Positions 52,695 to 64,000 of a DNA stretch of 64,000 nucleotides are shown here, one piece after another (the first letter of the stretch is position 1; every line of letters begins with the position of its first letter). The notes under the pieces were generated by a model. That model had not been told where the DNA came from, made no database searches, and saw only the letters and a program-made list of their open reading frames with translations. The stretch is from Microbotryum violaceum. Taxonomy: Eukaryota. Location of the stretch: contig CDLV01000009.1 in assembly GCA_001244265.2 (NCBI GenBank), forward strand, positions 1,178,001 to 1,242,000, read 5' to 3'. Both the position numbers and the translations under genes were made by a program.

Positions 52695-54233
52695 ATGGCT
52701 GCTGCTCGATCGGTGTCTATCCCCCATTATGCCTGGGCAGGTCAGTCGTCCCACGGCCTTCACCGTCTCTCCTGCGTAGCCGCGTCGTGGCTGACACCAC
52801 TGGAATATCCCCGGCGCTCCTTCTTCCAGGTGGTCACGCCCTCGTGCTCGCCGGTACAGTCTACACTTTGATCGGCCTCGTCACGTTCCAATCTAGGCCC
52901 AAGTCGTACTACCTCTCGTACCTCGGCGCGATCGTCTCGTGGGGGATCGTCGTCGTGAGTCCGAACTGAGCCTTTGCGATTCCCTCTGCTCGATCGCATG
53001 CGCTGACGACGTTGCTTGTCTGTGACCACTCCTTCCTTCCTCCCTTCCATGGAATTGAACTGGTCTGCGCCTACTCTGGACGTCATCGGTATTAGTACAA
53101 ATCGTTGGGCATCCCTCAACCCAACAAGGCCTACATCCAGCGTGCCTTGCTCGACGAGAACGTTCAGGTCAGTGACCCCCAACTGACTCCCGGAACATTG
53201 CCAAGTACACCTTACTCAAGTTGGTTTTGCATCTCTCGTCTTATTATAGTACCTCATCCTCGCCGTGTACTGGTTCCTTCAAGTCAGTCTTGACTGTCAT
53301 CAACCTGAGCGGCCCGACTCGCAGACCGAATCTTGTGCTGACGGTCGTTTATTCGGTCGTACTCGTTAGAAACCCATCTACATCACCCTGATCCCCTTCG
53401 CCACCTTTTCCTTGTTCCACACTTGTCAGTCCACGCATCGCTCGTGGGTTTTCTATTGACGGTTCCCGAAAACAACATGCTGATCCAATTTTCCTTGGTC
53501 CAATCACGACTCGCTACCCCCAATAGTGACCTTTGTGCGCACGAGTGTCTTGCCCAAACCCCCTTTGACCCCCGCTGGAGCATCAAAGACGGCTGCACCG
53601 CCTGCGACGGGGCAGGCCAAGCTCTCGAAGCAGATCCAGGTCAGTAGTAGCTCGCCCCACATCCCCACCCTCTGAATCTTGGCGACGCGAGGCTGACCTT
53701 TCGGAATCGGACTTGGTCGTCAGACATGGGTCAAGGCCAACTATGAAAAAGCGATGCTCTTCGTCGCGTTCGTCGAGGTCGTTCTCGTCTTTGGCCGAGT
53801 TCTGCTCGGTGCCCTCACCTTCCGCAACTCGCTCCTCGCGCCGCTCTTCTTCGCCCACTTCCTCCGACTGAGGTACTACCTCTCGCCCCCGACGCGCCAA
53901 GCGTTTGCCTGGGTTTCGACTCAAATCGACCATGGAATCAACCACCCGAGCTGCCCTGCACCCGTCAAGAAGGGAGTGACGATCGCGAGGGATCTGGTGG
54001 GTCTCCCCAACACGTAGCAAATAGCCTCATCATGACCAAGTGCTGATTGCCTCATGTTTGCACTTCCCTTGTAGATCATTCGATACTCCGAGTCCGTTCT
54101 TCAAGTCGGTGGCCAAGCGGGAGCTCAACAACCTGGAGCCGCGGGTGCAGCAGGTGCACGACCCGCCGCTGCAGGAGCCGCTGCTCGACCAGCACCCGCA
54201 GCTGCCGCCGGAGCTGCTGCTGGAGCTCGATAA
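52695..54233 (+). CDS. POM33: TMEM33/Pom33 (UPF0121) ER/nuclear-pore membrane protein
   Basis: HYAWAG|GHALVL, LLDENVQ|YLILAVYW, LIPFATFSLFH, WVKANYE and HFLRLRY. Confidence 0.9.
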
Positions 54234-54989
54234 GAAGAGAAGGGGCTGCTGAGATTGGGTATTCGACTGTCTGAGATCTGGCTCGCTCTGTTATCCCTCC
54301 CAAGGCATACAGGGATGTACGTCCTTCAACCTTTCTTTTTGCTGTAGCTATCCCCTCCCCCTTCCACAAATTCCTCTGCTCTCCTCATCTCACCTTTTTT
54401 CATCCTACGTCACCTTAAATACGACATTCCAAGTGCCCTTCGAGCGTCTCTCGGTTTGCCCACTCGAGATATGAAATATGAAGTTTACCCTGAACTAGTG
54501 CAAAGGTTGAGTATCGCTTGTCTTTTCTCAGTGACTGCGGAATCGCTCCCAAGACTGCTGCTCGAACGCGCAGCGAACCACATCATATGGCAACGGAAAA
54601 TAAGGAACAAGATGTTGGTCAAGAGTTTTGTCATATGCACAGTGATGACGAGTATTACTGTGGGTCCCCTGTCAACTGATCCGCACTCGTTCTTCGCTTT
54701 TGCGCACGTGCTAGCTGCCAAACATGGTGGCTGGATTGTCGGGTTCAAGCGATATGCTTCGCCAATAGCAAAAGTTCTCAGGAGTCACGTGATCAAGACC
54801 CTGGGATTGTCGATTATCGACCAAGAAGTGATATTCAAACAGATGGAATCGGTTGATGCGGCGCCAAGAGCACGACAGAACGTGACCTTCCCCAGGCTGG
54901 GGTGTCTGTCGAGTGCACGAAAACCATGTTCCCAATTGCAAACTGAATCGATACATCCATGCGCCGCGCCAATTATCGCTGACGAAGAA

Positions 54990-57335
54990 TTAAAAACCAT
55001 TCGCTAACATGGAAGCGGCCATCCTCGCGTCGACGCGTTGCCTCGTGTCGTTCTCAACCACGACCGAACTCGCCATGCTCCTGACCGACCGTTTCTGCAC
55101 GGGGGCTGCGGTCGTCAGTGCATGAGAGGATAGAGGATCTCTAGCTTGTACCTCTTGTTGTTGCGGTTGTTGCTGCTGCGATATCGATTTTGTCAGAATG
55201 GGCTGAGATGCCGTCGTGCCGTTCATTGCCTGGGTCGTGGCGCTGACATTGGAATTGTTCGAGAAGTTCCTCTGCATCGTCGGACTGCCTTCGAAAGCCG
55301 ACGAGGCCGTCCGAGCGGAGCCCATCCCTCTAGGTCCGACTTGGCCTTGATAAATCACCCCACTCCTCCCTTCCTTGATGGCCTTCAACTCGGGCCTGAC
55401 CATCTCCAACTCCTTGAGGATCTGCTTCTCGTACATGGTCATGATCCTCGCGTGGCCCATCAAAGCCATCAACAGATCCTCGTGCGTATTCTTCGCGTGC
55501 AGAGTCAAGGAGGGAGCGAGGTGCGACGAGATCGCCGACAGACGTTGAGATAACAATTGTTCGTGTTTGACCGAATCGTCGAGGTCGTCGAGCGCCTCGT
55601 CGACGCGTTCGGATCGGATCGATGAGGACGATTTCAGTTTCTCGATGTTGCGCCGTTTGGTGATGGTCGTTTTGACAGCTTGGCGATGCTCGTCGACGAT
55701 CGAATCGCGTGAAGATAGAGTCTCCTGTGTATCCTCACTCGCAAGGTCAGCTAACTCACTCGAGGAAAGTCTTACCGGCAGCAGCGAGCACGACGCACCT
55801 TGGCCGATCGAGCATTCATGGCCTGGTAAGCGAAGGAGTCCCCCAACGAGACCATCTCCGCCCCACTCTCCCCAACCAACACATCCGAGAGACTCTTGTG
55901 TGTCCTTGCCAATCTCTTGAAACCGCCCGCGAGGGGTCCGTACGTTTCGACGGTCGAGAACGTCGTCAGTTGATCGCCAACGTCGTTCGTCGCGATCGCG
56001 AGTTGTCGACGCGCTCGCGACAGTCCATCGATCGATTTCGACGTCTCTTGCAGATGGTGCTCGATCTTGGCGAGACCGGCTTTGGCGATGGTGAGGTCGT
56101 CGTCGTTCTCTCCGGGCAGTTTGGAACTTCGCGAAGCGAGGAATCCACCGGCCGAGGTCACTGATCGTCGTTTCGAGGTTGATTTGGGCGTGTACTGTTA
56201 AATATGTTCAATCCAAAGATCGTCAGAGACAGGAAAGGGCCGGCTGGACACGACTTTTGGCGACTCACGCCATAGTCACTCTCGATGAAGCTGCGCATCT
56301 CGTCGTCCCTGATGACGCCCGGGTCGTTGGACAGCCTGGTGAACCACTTTTGAAAGCTCTGCTTGACCAAGCGGTCGTCTTCGTCATTGGTCAGAGCACT
56401 CGTCTGGGCCAAGGGAAGCGCAGGGAGGATCGATTGCGGGCAGGTGACGGCGAGCGCTTCCGATAATTTGCTCAGTTCCGAGTAGGACCGCGAAACCGAT
56501 CTGTCTAAGGGTGGAGAGGATGAGGGTTCAGTGCGTGTCGTCGGACCACAGTCTGGAGTGCGCAAAGTACTCACAGTTTGAACTACGATAGCTCGGCAAG
56601 TTGGACTGAGAAGGTGGCAATGCGGGATTGATCTGTTTAGCCGGGCCAGAGTGCAAACCCCCACCACAGCCCGAGAACGACTTCGCTCACCTCGGCGTTG
56701 AACTTGACGTAAATGTCCCTCCTGTTCTTGTCGAGGCCGAGGACCTTGATCCTGACGAAGGTTTGAGCGGATGGCGGTTGAGATGGTGCCTGCGAAGAGG
56801 TGGATTGGGCGAGGGACCTGTCGTTGCGGTCGTCATCGTCGACGTCTCGATCCGGGTGTGGGTGTGGGTGTGCGCTCGCTCTTCTCGACTCGGCCCAGGT
56901 CTGCGGTGGCCGAGCGACCATTCCTCCCGAGCCAGTGGATGTCGACGAAGAGGACCACTGTTGATCCGAGCCTGGTGCGGAGGATGCAGCATCATTGCCA
57001 CTCGCTGCTGCCGAATGAGTGGGGTGGATCGGCGAGGTCGGCCCCCAGGCGTCATCCTGGGGCAGTGGCATAGGCATGTGACCGTACGATGGGGGCGGGG
57101 TCGGCGGCAAAGGGTTCTGCTGCTGGATGTGCAACGGTCGATAACCCCTTTCTTGGCCGGGAAGAGGGGAGCGAGGTGCCATGGGACTGATGGACCTGAC
57201 CGGTGTTGCGGATTGACCGCTCGGCCGAGACGAGAAGGACGATGATGACAGCGGCGAGGCGGCCGAGTGCGACGCAGACGGCGAGGCAGGCGACGACGAC
57301 AGCCCCGTAGTGACAATCTTGGACAGAGGGTCCAT
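54990..57335 (-). CDS. VPS17: Retromer PX-BAR sorting nexin
   Basis: LDKNRRDIYVKFNA, RSYSE, ILPALPL, DDEMRSFIESDYG, LGDSFAYQAMNARSAKETL and a C-terminal VDARMAASML. Confidence 0.9.
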
Positions 57336-57699
57336 GTGTAGAGGTAGAGTGACTACAGTGAGGTGGGAGAGGCCAAGAGAGGGAAGAGCCGCGTCGCAGA
57401 GCACAGCGAGAGGACAGGAGAGCAGAGGGGGTGAAGCGAGGTGGGGAGGAAGAGGGGCGAATATATTATGGAATCTGATAGGCAGTTTGTAATGCGCAAT
57501 GCGATAATGAAAGCGAGGAAATCGCCCGAGTAATCGCCCGAGTTGATGACGACGCTCCCTGACGCGCCTCGACCTGCCTCGACTAGCCTCGACTGCCGCC
57601 TCGATCACTCCGACTTTTTCCCCGCGTTCGGGCCGCGTTCGGGCGAGTCTTTCTCTTCTCACCTCTCATCCCCCTCCCCATCGTTCCTCACCAGCCATC

Positions 57700-61020
<3,321 letters not shown>

Positions 61021-61911
61021 GTGGGGCGTTTCATGAGGGTGTGTTCATAGCTACACTCGTTTTTGGAAACCTCTACCAACTGCTTCCTTGCGCCGAAGGC
61101 ACGCGAAACACACCTGTTTCTGTTTGTTCGGTAAAGCAATCTCGCTTTAACCTCGTTCCCTGAGTACCTAAGCCCGCGCTGTCCAGCGACAAATCCACCC
61201 ATCCAAATCTAGGGATTTTACTTCTTGACACGTCTAGTGTGTTTTACCCCGGCGTCCTGAGCGTTTCACTTGTCCCCTAGAATAGGTACACGACTCCATC
61301 CCAACTTGCACAGGCTCATATAAGTCATGGGCATGTTGCTCCCTTGCCGACGTCGCACCGCCGAGACGAGACTCGGAGGAGGTCATATATACCTGACGAG
61401 AAGAGCTTAGTACTCGATCTGGATCGGAAGTGGGTGGCATGCACCAGCACTGCGAGAAAGGAATGAAATGACATATTGGTCGAATCGACTCGACGGTTGG
61501 ACTGGGGACAGTACCTTCGCGGGCAACAAGTTTCTCGCACGGAAGCGCTCCAATCCCAAGCGCCACTGACACCACGGTGCGCCCTCCCCACATACCAAAG
61601 GCCTCGAACGGATGCATTTCTCAATTCTGGGAAGGACTGGATCGTGGCAACACTGATGCGCAACTCGTCTCCTGTCGTCTCCGAACCACATGAGGGTCAA
61701 GCCCGAAATCGCGCAGCAGTCATTCACGCCCAAAACCACCTTTAAGCGTGTGCGTCATCAAGTCTCTCGTATTTACAACATCACTGCGATTCGAACACGA
61801 GAGCATAAAAATGTACCAAAAGAAAAGAGGAGAATAGTTGGGTGTAAGTTTGTTGCTTCGGGCGCGACGAGGTCCAGGGGCACTATCAACTTGAGGAGCT
61901 CGTGCTCATGC

Positions 61912-63246
61912 TCATGCGGCTTGACCCAGGAAGTGCTGTTCGGGCGTCATGAAGCGTAAGCCGACGCTTTTGGCAAACACTGAAAAGAAGAATCCGTGGT
62001 CAGTATGGTTTCCCATGAGGCTGATGGCAGACGAGTCCAGTAGATTTCTCACCTAGGTCGACGTCGGAGTGATCTTTGGGACGACCCAGACCGGCTGCTC
62101 TGCCAGCTGCATCACCCACAAAGAAGGAGCTTTGCCAATCTGTGCAGATCATCAGGGATGAAGACATCAGATCTCCCGCGTGGTACGCGCTGTTCGTCCC
62201 AAGCATCGCACTCACCAATCTCGTCATGCTTCATCTCGGCCTCTTTCAAGAACCTCTGCCACATGCCTATACCAACCCCTTTACGATGATGGTCCTTCTC
62301 CGTCGCGGCGAATATCCTGATGGGTATGTCCTTGAGTTTGGACGCGACGATGGTGGTCATCTTGGTCTTGAACCAGTCGAGTCGTTTGCCCTTGTAGTTT
62401 TGGTTCGAAAAGAGCAGGATCGAGAAGCTACAGGACGAGGAGTAAACCACGTCATGTGACGTCTCGAGAGAAAAAGAGAGAGTGTTTGCCGGGACGTACC
62501 CTTGACGATGGATCTCCCTGAGCTGGTCAGGTACGTTCGGATGCCAGTACTGCCAATCTGTCGCGCTGGTTGGGAACTTTGAGCCGTGGGTCTTGATGAG
62601 GCAGCCGTCGACATCGTACGCGGCGACTTTGGTCGAACGAGGGAAGAGGGCCGTCTTGGAGGGGAGGTAGGAGGCGTAGAGGCAGGGTACTTGGGCGGTG
62701 AAGGATGGGTGCCAGCGTAGGGTCGAGGGGGAGGAGGTGGGGGAGGCTCGAGAGGTGGGGCCCCCGAAGAGCGGGAAGACTGCAAAGGGAGGAGCTGGTT
62801 CAGCCTTCTTCGCATTCACGAGTGGTTCGCATACGACGGGGTGACTGACTCTTTATGCTGGTCATGGTCGTCGTGATTCTTGGCTTTGAGCTCGGAGGAC
62901 TGCTTGTCGAGATGGATGCTGCGACCTGTTCCTCCTTGGTGAATTGATCGACTTGGAACGAGCGTTTCAGTGGTCGAGAGTTGAGGTTGTCGTTGGGTAG
63001 GGTCGTGGTGGTCGTGGTGGTCGTGGTGGTCGTGGTGGTCGTGGTCGGGTGGATGGACGCGCCGTCGGCCGCTTCGGCTTGCACTTCCGCTGCTGCTGCG
63101 ATCGACGCGATGCCACTGCGGCGAGCTGCGACGGGCGCGACCAAGCTCAGCGACGCGTCGTCTTGACCTTGATCGGACGTGACCTTGAGCGAGGTCTTGG
63201 CCAGCGTGGTGATGGGTACGTCGGGTCCGAGTTTGGGTATGGTCAT
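61912..63246 (-). CDS. Stand-alone polynucleotide (DNA) 3'-phosphatase, PNK3P HAD family
   Basis: AAYDVDGCLIKT, DWQYW, FSNQ, RK..GIGMW, SFFVGDAAGR, DHSDVD and FMTPEQHF, then stop at 61912-61914. Confidence 0.88.
63001..63045. repeat. 9-bp tandem repeat encoding poly-Thr
   Basis: (GGTCGTGGT) x5, within the N-terminal exon of the phosphatase. Confidence 0.9.
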
Positions 63247-63720
63247 GTGTGGCCCATACGGTGGTGGGGGACGGTGAGAAGGCGTGTGACAGGTCGAGCT
63301 CCTCAGTCCGAGTCGACGTCACTCGGGGAGGCTTCATTTGTGATTACAAGTGGAGCTAATCGCAATTATCTCGCTCTTTCGTGTCGCGCGATCCGCGATC
63401 CGCTCCTCCCCCGCTCCCGCTCCGCTGAGCCGTCCGGTCTTGCTTTCGACGCTGCCCTCGAAAGCCCGTCGCGAGGCCACGTAAGCTCCAACATCACCCC
63501 ACTCTTCGTCCACGTAAGCGCTGAGCAGCTGACCGGCAATCCCACCCCCGCTTCTCATTCTTCTCCCCCTGACGTGCGATTTGACCGCTGCTCTTTCCTC
63601 TTTGTCATCGGGTCGACCGACGACCTTCACTTCAATATGCGCTCACAGCGTATCACTCGCACTCACCGAGGCACAGATCGAAGGCACTCCTCCCTCTCCA
63701 CCTCCCCTTCATCGCTCGAC

Positions 63721-64000
63721 AGTAAGTCACACCTACCAGGCTGTCTGCTACGAGCTTGCACGAGGCGCGAGTCGTCGTCAGTCGGCTTGCGTGGCACCCC
63801 CTACACACTCATTCGGTCTCCTCGCGCCCCTCTCGGCCAGATGCTGACCTCTTCTGCTTCTGGTGGAAATAGTGAGCGCTGCCGAAGAAGATGACATCTT
63901 GGAACTCGACAGCCCCGAGGCCGAGCCGATCGACTTGATCGAGGATGAAGAAGCCGACGACCTGCACATCCCCTCGTCCCCGTCCCACAAGAGAGGTCTC
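63721..64000 (+). CDS. 5' fragment of an unidentified gene (acidic N-terminus), runs off the window end
   Basis: A|GTAAGT donor at 63722, GCTGAC branch site and AG at 63871-63872 give M-SAAEEDDILELDSPEAEPIDLIEDEEADD..., open to the end. Confidence 0.5.

Noticed and set aside
52582..52720. U12-like GTATCC donor after ATG 52582
   Set aside because: No matching acceptor or branch site. ATG 52695 gives the Pom33 N-terminus without splicing.
54456..55007. 183-codon plus-strand ORF
   Set aside because: Lies in the convergent 3' UTR zone of POM33/VPS17 and has no motif or coding-like composition.
61234..61959. Several overlapping 90-130 aa ORFs
   Set aside because: No consistent exon structure or motif. 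Probably intergenic or UTR sequence.

Overview
Gene-dense, intron-rich, GC-rich eukaryotic DNA from a basidiomycete fungus. A Pucciniomycotina/Microbotryomycetes-like origin is my inference from intron style and protein sequences. The window holds about 24 supportable protein-coding loci plus 2 weak candidates, mostly housekeeping: eEF3, an SDR, choline kinase, Rsc58-like, DEK-C/SWIB, D-2-hydroxyacid dehydrogenase, PNC1, SAP18, CSN6, CCC1, BNA3, SLH1/ASCC3, an acidic Ifh1-like protein, AXL2, IDH1, IDH2, ERV14, a frameshifted F-box-like gene, DUF4604, POM33, VPS17, SEC18, a PNK 3'-phosphatase and a partial gene at the right edge. Most are arranged as head-to-head pairs. Gene models were assembled by hand from GT/GC-AG sites and protein motifs; no database searches were run. 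The best leads are: a 1183-bp non-autonomous DNA transposon (32-bp TIR, 8-bp TSD); head-to-head IDH1/IDH2 on a 280-bp shared promoter; linkage of AXL2 with its cargo receptor ERV14; two probable non-AUG starts; two start codons split by introns; an intronic 15-bp x11 minisatellite; and a duplicated telomere-like CTAACCCTAG motif in an unexplained gap. I found no rRNA, tRNA or CRISPR array, and no clear-cut novel multi-gene system.
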